Source: a virus
Direction: 5' to 3' (one strand)
Virus record (IMG/VR): IMGVR_UViG_3300042568_000467
Location: 1-64,000 of that record
DNA: 64,000 bases
The notes under the pieces were generated by a model. That model saw nothing but the letters and a program-made list of their open reading frames with translations. It did no database searches and had not been told where the DNA came from. A program made the translations under genes and the position numbers. How positions within the stretch are numbered: position 1 is the first letter of the stretch; every line of letters begins with the position of its first letter. Positions 8,398 through 17,478 of this stretch are shown piece after piece.

Positions 8398-8679
8398 TTA
8401 TTTAGAGGTATTTTTTTCAATTCTATCAATTGCATCCCTCAATGAGGTGCCATGATTATTAAATAGTTCAGCTTTAATAATTCTTATTTCTTCGTCTAAA
8501 TGTTCAAATCTAAGGTGTCCGAGTTCTAATCTTTCTACAACTCCTGGACGATCTTCAGTGCCATTCCAGTCCTGAATAAATTGAAACCAGGTCTTAAAAA
8601 GCTTAAAAAATTTATTGCCAAAGTATCCTAGGCCAGAAGCGGCGGCAGCAGAAAGCACAATCCATTCAAGAATACTCAT
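8398..8679 (-). CDS. membrane protein (DUF2746-like)
   Basis: N-terminal TM; RPGVVERL and NHGTSLRDAIDRIE recall actinophage DUF2746-type proteins. Confidence 0.55.
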   Translation of the reverse strand: MSILEWIVLSAAAASGLGYFGNKFFKLFKTWFQFIQDWNGTEDRPGVVERLELGHLRFEHLDEEIRIIKAELFNNHGTSLRDAIDRIEKNTSK

Positions 8680-8726
8680 AATAAACTAATTATACTCGAC
8701 TTAAAATTATAATTTAAAACGGTTGA

Positions 8727-8963
8727 CTAAATTAAAAGCTCCGAAGCGGTAATTTCGTTACCAACATAACGTCTTTTTACAATGTATTCTTTTACGTGAT
8801 CTGGACCAGAAGATCTTCCAGCCAATATAATTACCCAACGTGGCTCAAATTTAGAAGAAAAACATGTTTCACAAATAAGTAAATTAATTGGCAAAAGAAC
8901 TGACTTCTTTACCTCTAGCTTGTTTTTAGACTTATTACAGCTATAGCATAATATTTTTTCCAT
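8727..8963 (-). CDS. Zn-finger protein
   Basis: CYSC...CETC. Confidence 0.7.
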   Translation of the reverse strand: MEKILCYSCNKSKNKLEVKKSVLLPINLLICETCFSSKFEPRWVIILAGRSSGPDHVKEYIVKRRYVGNEITASELLI

Positions 8964-9160
8964 TATTCTGATTCCTCAATATGTTTAAAGATTATCTCAT
9001 CAATGATGCTAAACTCTTCATTTTCCATTAATTCGCTGTACTCCATGCCATCCTTATTGTAGTTAACCGTTGATGCAAACGCACCAAGTTTTTCAACAGT
9101 ACCGTGACATTGCTCTGAATGGATGTATACAACATGAACCACATCATAGTATTCTTTCAC
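8963..9160 (-). CDS. hypothetical protein
   Basis: 65-aa coupled ORF. Confidence 0.65.
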   Translation of the reverse strand: MKEYYDVVHVVYIHSEQCHGTVEKLGAFASTVNYNKDGMEYSELMENEEFSIIDEIIFKHIEESE

Positions 9161-9464
9161 TAGGCTTGCCCTCCAGCTCGCATCTTACTCCGTATGACTC
9201 AAGCAATCGCTTGACCTTTCCTACATAATCAATAACCATTTCTTTTTTGGCTCCTTCGAATTGTAAAAAATTATCTTCATACAGTCTTAACGCTAAAAAC
9301 TGTGGATACATTACTATGTCCATAAGAAGCATCGGTGGCTTCTTTACTTGATGGACTGCCTTCTTCATTTCTTCAGTATAAAAAACAGGTTTGTTTGGTT
9401 CGCCAGTCCATTCATTTACTCCGTATTTAAAATGCTCATTTATATCTTTTTTATTAATAAACAT
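9144..9464 (-). CDS. hypothetical protein
   Basis: 106-aa coupled ORF. Confidence 0.7.
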   Translation of the reverse strand: MFINKKDINEHFKYGVNEWTGEPNKPVFYTEEMKKAVHQVKKPPMLLMDIVMYPQFLALRLYEDNFLQFEGAKKEMVIDYVGKVKRLLESYGVRCELEGKPSERIL

Positions 9465-9765
9465 TTTTCTTCTTTAACCTCTTCCAGTCTTCTGCTGTTT
9501 TGTGTAAATTCTTGGATCTATCTATTGAACCTGAACTTAAATATACTCCGCCCCATACTCCATATTCATTATTATCTGTACCAGATTCATAACACATTTT
9601 CATTACTGGACAACTAAAACACATCTCGTCTATGTTTCTTGCTATATTAGCATCAGACTCGTATTTTTCATAAAATAGATTTGTGTCCATGCCTCTGCAT
9701 ATTGCAAGATGGAACCAATCTAGATCATCTTCATCTATGCCTAAATCATTTAAAATGTTTGACAT
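9454..9765 (-). CDS. whiB: WhiB-family Fe-S transcription factor
   Basis: W...AIC...LF...CFSCPV...C...YGVWGG: four Cys plus the GVWGG turn. Confidence 0.92.
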   Translation of the reverse strand: MSNILNDLGIDEDDLDWFHLAICRGMDTNLFYEKYESDANIARNIDEMCFSCPVMKMCYESGTDNNEYGVWGGVYLSSGSIDRSKNLHKTAEDWKRLKKKNVY

Positions 9766-9973
9766 GCTTTGTGGGCAACTTCCATATTCCGTTACTGTCA
9801 ACAGAAATTCTTTCTGCTGTCCCCCATGTGTTCTCTTTGAACATGCCCTTTACATTTGTAAATCCGTTAATATCTTTTTTCCAAATTACTAGATCGTAAT
9901 TGTCCCAAAATGGGGTGATATTCTTGGCCTTCTTGATAAAGACTTCGACACCTAGTTCTGTTAGATTTAACAT
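9746..9973 (-). CDS. hypothetical protein
   Basis: 75-aa ORF with AAGGA RBS. Confidence 0.7.
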   Translation of the reverse strand: MLNLTELGVEVFIKKAKNITPFWDNYDLVIWKKDINGFTNVKGMFKENTWGTAERISVDSNGIWKLPTKHVKHFK

Positions 9974-9990
9974 TATTCCTTAAACATAAA

Positions 9991-10042
9991 CCGCAGCATC
10001 CCACTGATATATATTATACAGTAAAATCTGCGGCTATGTCAA
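9991..10042 (-). promoter_or_regulatory. promoter embedded in a terminator-like hairpin
   Basis: TTGACA-N18-TATAAT; CCGCAG...CTGCGG stem with G.U pairs followed by TTTATGTTT. Confidence 0.7.
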
Positions 10043-10045
10043 TAC

Positions 10046-10828
10046 TTATTTAAGAAAAGTTCCACTGAATATGGACTTTTTAATTTTAGGCTCTTCTTTG
10101 TCTTCTACGTCATAAGCCTTTTCAACAGGCACACAATTTGGAACCATTCTGCCACCCTTTTCTTTCATACCTCTTTGAGTGTATCCAGACCAGCAGGCTT
10201 TTTCCATATTATCCCATTTATCTTCTTCTTCATTATCTGATTCATACGACTTAGAAACTTCTTCATCTGTAAGAGTGTCTGACTTTTCTACCTTTTTATG
10301 ACCACTGCACATTTTGCTAACACATCCACCATTAGCCTTACACTCCTTGCAGCCTTCACAATCACAGCCCTCTGTAGTCTCCATGTCATCTTCTTCGTCT
10401 TCTTCTTCAATTTCAATTTCTACAGCTTTTGTGATGGGATTTACCACATCATCAAACATATCTTTAATCTCTTCTACAATTTCATTTAATTCTAATGACT
10501 TTTTCATATTTTTCTCTCTTTCAACAATTTTTCTAGACCAGGAAAATCCTGCGTCTCCACCCCAAGCAAGCCACATAATTTTCCCGTTTGAAGGGTTTTC
10601 TGCATTATCCCAATCTTTTCCTTTTTTATCTACTTCATGGCGTGAGAAGAATGAATACATTCTTTTAACAGTAGACAAGCTTAATGTTTCGCCACGAGCT
10701 AGTTGTCCTGCACGAGTCCAGCCTACTGCAGTTCCTGCGCCTTTAGCTTTTCCCTGCTCTTTTAACTTTATGGCACGACGTGCTGCTGATTGCATTCCAG
10801 ATGTTGGCCTGTAGCCTTCTTTTGCCAT
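10046..10828 (-). CDS. phage protein with WGGDAG domain, Cys cluster and CW.GY...VPNCVP motif
   Basis: RMYSFFSRH...WLAWGGDAG N-domain, acidic linker, CDCEGCKEC, CWSGYTQRGMK...VPNCVP. Confidence 0.7.
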   Translation of the reverse strand: MAKEGYRPTSGMQSAARRAIKLKEQGKAKGAGTAVGWTRAGQLARGETLSLSTVKRMYSFFSRHEVDKKGKDWDNAENPSNGKIMWLAWGGDAGFSWSRKIVEREKNMKKSLELNEIVEEIKDMFDDVVNPITKAVEIEIEEEDEEDDMETTEGCDCEGCKECKANGGCVSKMCSGHKKVEKSDTLTDEEVSKSYESDNEEEDKWDNMEKACWSGYTQRGMKEKGGRMVPNCVPVEKAYDVEDKEEPKIKKSIFSGTFLK

Positions 10829-10829
10829 A

Positions 10830-10973
10830 TTATTTTTCCTTTACACTAACAACTTTAACATTTTTAACTTCATCGTCTATGCCGAATATATCATTAGCAT
10901 AATCTACAGCGTCTTCTGAAGAGAATGCCTCTACTTCTGCATCAATCTCTATTTTGACTCTGTATGTATTCAT
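10830..10973 (-). CDS. small hypothetical protein (47 aa)
   Basis: MNTYRVKIEIDAEVEAFS...; TAAATG coupling. Confidence 0.6.
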   Translation of the reverse strand: MNTYRVKIEIDAEVEAFSSEDAVDYANDIFGIDDEVKNVKVVSVKEK

Positions 10974-11549
10974 TTACTTACCGCAAGTAGGGCACTTTGC
11001 AGTGGATGTTTTTTCTGCTTTAGTCTTTGTTGTAGGTGTTTCACCCGCAGCCTTAAACTTTGGACGACCAAATCCTACGATTGAAATCATTACGCCTGCT
11101 TTGTTTTTCTTGAAAGCACGAAGTTGTTTGCAGGTCTCTCCGCCATTTCGCTGGCTTCCCTTTTTCTTTGAAGTAGTATTTCCTTCAATACACCATACAG
11201 TTCCGTCTTCATTGTCTTTTACAACAATTCCAACGTGAGAAATTCTATCGACGCCATCTGATGGGAAATCAAAATAGGCAATATCTCCTGGTTCTGGATC
11301 TGCAATATCTCCATCAATCCATTGACCAGCTTTCTTAAATGCTTGTGCACCGCTTGGTGTATAAACAGTGTTAGGAATTTTTACTCCAGCTTCGTTTGCA
11401 CACCAGTTAACAAAACTTCCGCACCATGGCTGAAAGTTTGCTTTCATAAAAGCACCGTATTTAGTTTCGTTATCTTTCGGACCCTCAATGGTTCCTACTT
11501 CTGCTGTAGCAACTTCAATAAGACGTGCTGCTGTTCCTTGATCTGCCAT
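10974..11549 (-). CDS. endolysin, CHAP-domain amidase/peptidase
   Basis: PWCGSFV, PGDI, SHVGIV, IEGNT. Confidence 0.88.
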   Translation of the reverse strand: MADQGTAARLIEVATAEVGTIEGPKDNETKYGAFMKANFQPWCGSFVNWCANEAGVKIPNTVYTPSGAQAFKKAGQWIDGDIADPEPGDIAYFDFPSDGVDRISHVGIVVKDNEDGTVWCIEGNTTSKKKGSQRNGGETCKQLRAFKKNKAGVMISIVGFGRPKFKAAGETPTTKTKAEKTSTAKCPTCGK

Positions 11550-11752
11550 TACTTCACCTTATTCCCAAATTTTACCCAGACTCTTTCGTGAAGAAAGTAG
11601 CCTAGTGCTTCCCAACCTATATACAGTAGGGCTCCAAGACTTGCGTATTCCCATTCACCAGTAAATAAATAAATTACTCCAGCAACTCCAACTAGATGAA
11701 ATGTTTCCCAGCTTGCTGTTTTTAGTAGTGTTCTTTTAGCTGAATCTGCCAT
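11549..11752 (-). CDS. DUF2061-like membrane protein
   Basis: RTLLKTASW...YFLHERVW. Confidence 0.75.
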   Translation of the reverse strand: MADSAKRTLLKTASWETFHLVGVAGVIYLFTGEWEYASLGALLYIGWEALGYFLHERVWVKFGNKVK

Positions 11753-11754
11753 GA

Positions 11755-12162
11755 TTACTTATCCCAATCTTCATCAACTGGTTGAGCTTCTGGCATTGCT
11801 CCGTCTGGCTTTGCTGCCAAACGTGCAGCAGTTGCATCAATCTCTGCTTCAAGCTTTTTATCCGCCTGTGTATTCTTTGCATCCATCTCTTTGTTTTGAA
11901 GTTGGGCTGCCATAATATCTTTAGCTCCTGAGTTTCCAATAAGGATACCAGCTAATGTTCCTGTAATAAATGTTGCAATGCTACCTAGAACATTAAAAAA
12001 CATTTTATCATTTTCTGACTGAGCACCGATAGGCTGTGTTACGAACAACAACCCATAAATAATTCCAAGTGCTGTTAGGAACAAAATGCTTCCAAGAGTT
12101 ATTCCTAGAATAAACTTTAATCGAGCATCTAAGTCTGCAGCCGTCAATCTTTCTTTAGCCAT
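11755..12162 (-). CDS. 2-TM membrane protein (holin candidate)
   Basis: Two TM helices, located near the endolysin. Confidence 0.55.
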   Translation of the reverse strand: MAKERLTAADLDARLKFILGITLGSILFLTALGIIYGLLFVTQPIGAQSENDKMFFNVLGSIATFITGTLAGILIGNSGAKDIMAAQLQNKEMDAKNTQADKKLEAEIDATAARLAAKPDGAMPEAQPVDEDWDK

Positions 12163-12370
12163 TTGTTATTTCCTGTTCTGGTGTAGTAGGTGTAACTTTT
12201 ATTACATCTTTTGTACAAGTCTGTGAGGCTTCACATTCTGGAGGATTACATTCTGAAAGTTCCCAATTTGCAGGGTCCTGACAAGGATAGCGGTATCTGT
12301 TTAAAGAATCGCATCCAGTTAATGATAGCATTAATAGCCCAGATAGGGCAATAGTGATTAATTTCCTCAT
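12155..12370 (-). CDS. small Cys-rich lipoprotein
   Basis: Lipobox LTGC, four further Cys; TATAAT-N6-ATG. Confidence 0.7.
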   Translation of the reverse strand: MRKLITIALSGLLMLSLTGCDSLNRYRYPCQDPANWELSECNPPECEASQTCTKDVIKVTPTTPEQEITNG

Positions 12371-12384
12371 ACCCCTATTATACC

Positions 12385-12567
12385 CTATTCTGAGTCTTTA
12401 TTTCTAGCAGGGCTTGTAACTACCCATAGAGCTGTTGTGGCTATAATTCCATAACCTACTATAGTTTTTGCACTGCCGTCTAAAACGACCCAAGCAATGA
12501 ACATACCAAGAAGGGTCCAAGCTTGATCAATTAGATCCTTGATTATATTTTTTAGTATTCTTACCAT
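12385..12567 (-). CDS. small 2-TM membrane protein
   Basis: Two hydrophobic segments. Confidence 0.7.
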   Translation of the reverse strand: MVRILKNIIKDLIDQAWTLLGMFIAWVVLDGSAKTIVGYGIIATTALWVVTSPARNKDSE

Positions 12568-15362
12568 TTTCTACCTCCTCGTGAACCTGGTGAATTGGCA
12601 CCTGAAGCGCCACCTCCTCCAGAACTTCCTCCGCCTCCTGTGCCACCTCCTGTGGCTCCTCCTGTGGCAACGGCTGCTGCGTTAATTGCAGCACCTGCTG
12701 CAACTACTGTAGCAACAACCATATCTGTTGCCTCTTCTCTTTCTTCATCAGACATATCTGCACCTATGCTTCCAAATGCAGCCAATGCTGCTGCTGGATT
12801 TGTAAATAATTCCTCTACTAATGCACCTGGATTTTGAAGTAACTCTACCTGTGCTGCAACTTCTGCAGTAATTACAACTGCATTTCCATTTTCATCTGTT
12901 CTAACATCTACTGGTGTTGCAGGTGGAAGATCTTTATATTCAATTCCAGATGCTTTAATATCTGCAGAACTTACTGCTTCTCCTGGCTTTAGATCTTCAA
13001 TAAGACTTTCAACTACTGCATCTTTTTGTTCTTCAGTTAATTCTTTACCTTCTTTAGCATCTTCTATTGCTTTATCAAGGGCTTCTTTCTCTGCTTCTTT
13101 TGCTTCCGCCTCCGCCTTTAATCTATCTGCTTCTGCTTGCTTTGCTTCTGCTTCTGCTTTAGCGTTTGCTTCTTCTTGTGCCTTAGCTTCGGCTTCTGCC
13201 TTTGCTTGCTCTTCAGCTTCTCTTGCAGCCTCTGCTTCTGCTTCTAATCTATCTGCTTCTGCTTTTGCATCTGCTTCCGCTTGCTCTTTAGCCTCTTGCT
13301 CTGCTTTTGCTGCAGCCTCTTCTGCTGCTACACGATCTGCCTCTGCCTTAGCTGCTGCTTCCTCAGCAGCAACTCTATCTGCTTCTGCTTTAGCCGCTGC
13401 TTCAGCGGCTGCCTTTGCTTCTGCTTCTGCTTTTGCTGCAGCTTCTGCAGCTGCTTTGGCTTCTGATTCTGCTTTAGCCGCTGCTTCAGCGGCTGCCTTT
13501 GCTTGTGCTTCTGCTTGAGCTGCTGCTGCTTCCGCTGCTGCAGCTTCTTGTGCGGCTTGTTGTGCTGCAGCCTGCGCTGCAGCTTGTGCAGCTGCTTGTG
13601 CTAATGCTTGCTGTTCTGCATAATAATTTGTAGTAACCCGAGTAGCATTTGTCATTGCAGTTACTGCTTCATTTACTTTTGTTGTTGCTGTATTAGCAAG
13701 AGAGTCTGCTGTTTGAATTGCAACCTGTAAATTTTGATTAGCAATTGCTAGATTCTCCTGCTCAGTTGTTAGGTTTTGGTTAGCAGTTGTTAGGTTCTCA
13801 TTTGCAGTTGTTAAGTTTTGCTGAAGAGTATTTAAAGTAGCTGTATCGTTTGCCAAGGTTGTCTTAGCAGCATTTAATGTTGCTATTTGGGCAGAGCTTG
13901 CTGAAGATGTAGAAAATTCTGATGCAGGTATTACTTCCCACCCAGATCCTGTATATCTCATTAAAGATACTGCAGCTCCACCACCGTTTTCGTAATACCA
14001 CATTTCAAAAGTCTTTGATATACCAGCCGTTGTTTCAACGTCAGCAGTGGATCCACCACCACCTTTATCTACCCAGTCATTAATCACAAGCTGCCCGTCA
14101 AGATATAGCTTTACGCCGTCATCTGCTGGTGCTGTTATATACTGTGTTCCTGTAGATTGTGGTGTCCATAAACCGTCCCATTTAACTTGAAAATCTTCTG
14201 TAACCGTAGTTTGTGTTGTTTTAGTTACAGATATATTATCTACAATATAATAATCTGAATCTTTTGTAATTGTAACTGTATCAATATTTGTTCCAGTTAC
14301 TGTTTCTGTTGAAGTAAATCCGTTATCCATAACATTTCCAGTGACATTATTTTCCATTACTGTTGTAGTAGCAGTCCCATCTGTATTTACTGTAATTATA
14401 TTTGTATCACCATTTTTAGCATATACACCCATTGTAACTTGAGTTACAGTTCCAGTGTTAGATGGATTTACGTCAATAACAACATTTGCTGAAGGATTAA
14501 TTATTGTTAATGCTGATCCACTAACAACATCTGTTTTCCCAGCAGAGTCTGACCAGTTACCTCCTATAGAAACACCACCAACGGGTGCTACTGAAACAAC
14601 TGTGGCTGTTCCATTTGCAAATGTTTCTGTTACTGTAGTGGTTCCACCATTTACTGTTGGCCCTCCGCTACCCCATTGCTCATTAATACCATTAGTATCT
14701 TTTCCAGTATATACAACTGTTCCTCCCTGAGCTGGAGACCCTGCTGTTCCTGGATTGCTATAAATAGTTACATTTAATCCAGGTGACGTATTTGAATCAA
14801 CTACTGCTTGTGCTGCTGCTACAGCAGATTGGTCTGAGGCAACTACTGCTGTTTGAGATTCAACTGCTGATGTTGCTGTAGTAACTGTTGCTGTAGATGA
14901 CTCAACAACTGTTGTTGCTTGGGTAACCACTGCCGTTTGTGATTCAACAGATGCCACCGCTGTTGTTGCAATCTGTAATGCTGTCTCTGCAGACTGTATT
15001 GCTGTTGTAGCTTGCTGGACCTTTACTGTAGCCTCTGCTACTGCAGTAGCAATTGGCTCTTGTGTGGTAGCAATTGTAGCTGCTTGCTCTGTTGTTGTAT
15101 TAGGAACATTTGCTTGAATTGTAGTAGTTATAGCAGTTGCTTGTGTTTCTGCTGCTGCCTGCAATGTCTCTGCTGCCGCTTCAACCTTATCTGCAACTGT
15201 CTCAACTGTAATAGGAGTGGTTGTTGTAGCGGTATCTGAAGAAGGATTAGCTGGAGTTACTTGAACTGTTGGCTCATCAGCATTTGCAATGCTGGGCCCA
15301 AAAAGGAAAAGCCAGCCAATAATAAAAAGGCTGGTTAAAAAGTACTTTAACTTTCTAGTCAA
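12561..15362 (-). CDS. large exported PA14-domain protein with Ala/Glu/Lys coiled-coil stalk
   Basis: Signal peptide (ANA-D); PA14 motifs GL...Y, F.VKWDG, ADDGVKLYLDG, YYENGG; EAAAKA repeats; hydrophobic and Gly-rich C-terminus. Confidence 0.8.
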   Translation of the reverse strand: MTRKLKYFLTSLFIIGWLFLFGPSIANADEPTVQVTPANPSSDTATTTTPITVETVADKVEAAAETLQAAAETQATAITTTIQANVPNTTTEQAATIATTQEPIATAVAEATVKVQQATTAIQSAETALQIATTAVASVESQTAVVTQATTVVESSTATVTTATSAVESQTAVVASDQSAVAAAQAVVDSNTSPGLNVTIYSNPGTAGSPAQGGTVVYTGKDTNGINEQWGSGGPTVNGGTTTVTETFANGTATVVSVAPVGGVSIGGNWSDSAGKTDVVSGSALTIINPSANVVIDVNPSNTGTVTQVTMGVYAKNGDTNIITVNTDGTATTTVMENNVTGNVMDNGFTSTETVTGTNIDTVTITKDSDYYIVDNISVTKTTQTTVTEDFQVKWDGLWTPQSTGTQYITAPADDGVKLYLDGQLVINDWVDKGGGGSTADVETTAGISKTFEMWYYENGGGAAVSLMRYTGSGWEVIPASEFSTSSASSAQIATLNAAKTTLANDTATLNTLQQNLTTANENLTTANQNLTTEQENLAIANQNLQVAIQTADSLANTATTKVNEAVTAMTNATRVTTNYYAEQQALAQAAAQAAAQAAAQQAAQEAAAAEAAAAQAEAQAKAAAEAAAKAESEAKAAAEAAAKAEAEAKAAAEAAAKAEADRVAAEEAAAKAEADRVAAEEAAAKAEQEAKEQAEADAKAEADRLEAEAEAAREAEEQAKAEAEAKAQEEANAKAEAEAKQAEADRLKAEAEAKEAEKEALDKAIEDAKEGKELTEEQKDAVVESLIEDLKPGEAVSSADIKASGIEYKDLPPATPVDVRTDENGNAVVITAEVAAQVELLQNPGALVEELFTNPAAALAAFGSIGADMSDEEREEATDMVVATVVAAGAAINAAAVATGGATGGGTGGGGSSGGGGASGANSPGSRGGRKW
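13100..13620 (-). repeat. coding tandem repeats (AAAEAAAKAEAEAK / AAAQ)
   Basis: e.g. gctttagccgctgcttcagcggctgcctttgct occurs twice, 84 nt apart. Confidence 0.8.
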
Positions 15363-15429
15363 CTAGGTATCTCCTAAGTAATGCAATATTTTTGCTTACT
15401 TAGATATTATAGCAGAATGTTAATTTAAA

Positions 15430-15615
15430 TTACTTAACATTATCTGTTTTATAAAAGCCATTACCTTTAAACTGTATACCAAAAGAACCGTAATGTCTTT
15501 GCAACCTTTTACCACATTCATTACATAGATAGTTAGGCTCAACAGAAGTTATAGATCTTTCTTTTGAGACAATCTCTTCTGGCGAACACTCGCATTTGTA
15601 TTCGTATATAGGCAT
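15430..15615 (-). CDS. FmdB-family zinc-ribbon protein
   Basis: MPIYEYKC.C...C..CG...FKGNGFYKTD. Confidence 0.85.
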   Translation of the reverse strand: MPIYEYKCECSPEEIVSKERSITSVEPNYLCNECGKRLQRHYGSFGIQFKGNGFYKTDNVK

Positions 15616-15617
15616 TT

Positions 15618-16382
15618 TTAGTTCCCCTTTAACATTTTCTTTACCATTTTATGAATTTTTTCATCTTCGTTTTCTCTATCTGAGTTAAGCAGGAAGTCTG
15701 TTATTCCAATATCTTCAAGCTTTTTAATTTTTTCAATTACTTCATCTTCCGTCCCATAAATCATAGAAAACTTAGTCATTCTATTTTCTTCGGCCTCAAA
15801 CACAGCCTCGGCTTCTTCGTGAGTATCTCTTATAATAACTGGGCAGGCAGCCATTTTTCTTCCTGTGTTTACACTGAGTCCATCCTTATAGCTTGACAGC
15901 ATGGCTAGGTGTATATCACCATATCTTTCTGAGTTATCAATTGTTTTTGAAGAAGTACCACTTACAACCAGCTCTGGCTTATTTTTAAAATATCTTAAAT
16001 TCAAAAACTTTTCTAACCACTCTGAAGTATACTCTACCCTATCTGAATAGTCTTTTAAAAACCCGCCTATTCTAACAACGTCTTCAAGGCTGGTCTCCTC
16101 TGGCTTTAGATCCCCAGCTGCGATATTTAAAATAATTCTTTTTGGATCAATTAAATGAAAAGCTTCACACATCATTGCACAATATTCTGGGCTTATGGCA
16201 TATGTCCTAATTGCAAACATATATTTTAAACTATGATCAGCGTCTATGATGTTTGCAACTCTTATCATATAGTCTGGTAGTAGTGAATGATATACTAAAA
16301 GGACAGACTCGTACCCGCAAGACTCTAACTTACTTGATAAAAATTTTAGTTCGTGCAACGAGTCGTCGCTGTGTCTTTGCAT
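15618..16382 (-). CDS. luciferase-like (LLM) flavin-dependent monooxygenase
   Basis: LESCGYESVL, MFAIR...SP, RIILNIAAG, GT.DEVIEKIKKLEDIGIT.F; true N-terminus uncertain. Confidence 0.75.
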   Translation of the reverse strand: MQRHSDDSLHELKFLSSKLESCGYESVLLVYHSLLPDYMIRVANIIDADHSLKYMFAIRTYAISPEYCAMMCEAFHLIDPKRIILNIAAGDLKPEETSLEDVVRIGGFLKDYSDRVEYTSEWLEKFLNLRYFKNKPELVVSGTSSKTIDNSERYGDIHLAMLSSYKDGLSVNTGRKMAACPVIIRDTHEEAEAVFEAEENRMTKFSMIYGTEDEVIEKIKKLEDIGITDFLLNSDRENEDEKIHKMVKKMLKGN

Positions 16383-16392
16383 CCAATGAATT

Positions 16393-17478
16393 TTAGTTTT
16401 TATAGTATCCTCTTTTTTTATTTACGTTAAAAGGGAAACCAACCATTCCAGTGTAGTCACCTATATGAATAGACCCATTGCTATTTTTAGTAACAATATC
16501 GTCTTCATAAACCGCTAATCTAAAATATTTAGGGTCGTTATACTCTTTGGATATTCTTTCGTACTCCATTTTTTTATATTCTTCTAATCCATAATGCTCT
16601 GCATTTTTTTTCCATAAATCTGACGGTTCGAATTCTTTGGCCAAGAAGGTTCTTACTAGATACCTGTCGCCCGATTCAACTCTTTCTACCCCGTGCCAAT
16701 ATGGTACTGCTGATGGGAAAACAGTTATGTCCCCAGCCTTTGGTCTATAGTGAATTACATCTCCATCATTTTCATTTAAAAATGTAAGCTCGCCACCTTC
16801 ATAGTCATCGTTTAAATACATTGTAATTGTTAAGATAAAATGATTTCCGCCACGCTCTGTATCATATTGATGAGTATCTGTATGATAAGTCATAGACATA
16901 GAATAATCATCTGGGGTTTTAGAATGATGCAATATACCAAAATTAGGTATCTGCCATGAACCATCTTTAAGATTAAAATTATTTACTTTATCAAAAGATT
17001 CGTCTGCTCCCCAATCTTTTATATAGTCTAGTAAAACTTTTTTATACGCTTTTCTTATACTATTCAAAGCAGTTCTTTGATCTATGGAGTCATTGTCATT
17101 TATTAAACTATTCTTATTATCTTCAAACCATTCTAAATCTTCTGGGGGAACTCTAGTTTCACCTATAACCTTATCACACTTGTGGCGCAGGCTGTCTCCC
17201 TCTTTTTCTAGCAAAAACCAATTTCTTTTATTACAGCATTCATCAGATTCGTCTCCAACGTTTAGCAGAGATCCGTTACTTAAACTAAATAACCAATTTT
17301 TTAATTGTGTGCTTGTTCCTATACGACCCCAATTGCCCCACTTATTTATGTAATATTTACCCTGGTTTTCTTCAGTTTCCGATTGTTTAATTGTTGAAGT
17401 AATAAATTCTGTATTATCTAAGACTCCGCTATAGACCATTACTTTTGGCATCAATTGATTTTTTTGCATATCAATCAC
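16393..17478 (-). CDS. 2OG-Fe(II) oxygenase (P4H-like, enlarged)
   Basis: YHTD...MYLNDDYEGGEL...WHGV...GDRY. Confidence 0.85.
   Translation of the reverse strand: MIDMQKNQLMPKVMVYSGVLDNTEFITSTIKQSETEENQGKYYINKWGNWGRIGTSTQLKNWLFSLSNGSLLNVGDESDECCNKRNWFLLEKEGDSLRHKCDKVIGETRVPPEDLEWFEDNKNSLINDNDSIDQRTALNSIRKAYKKVLLDYIKDWGADESFDKVNNFNLKDGSWQIPNFGILHHSKTPDDYSMSMTYHTDTHQYDTERGGNHFILTITMYLNDDYEGGELTFLNENDGDVIHYRPKAGDITVFPSAVPYWHGVERVESGDRYLVRTFLAKEFEPSDLWKKNAEHYGLEEYKKMEYERISKEYNDPKYFRLAVYEDDIVTKNSNGSIHIGDYTGMVGFPFNVNKKRGYYKN

Noticed and set aside
10003-10022. LexA/SOS box
   Set aside because: CTG-N12-CAG spacing is wrong for the E. coli box, and it does not match the Gram-positive GAAC-N4-GTTC box
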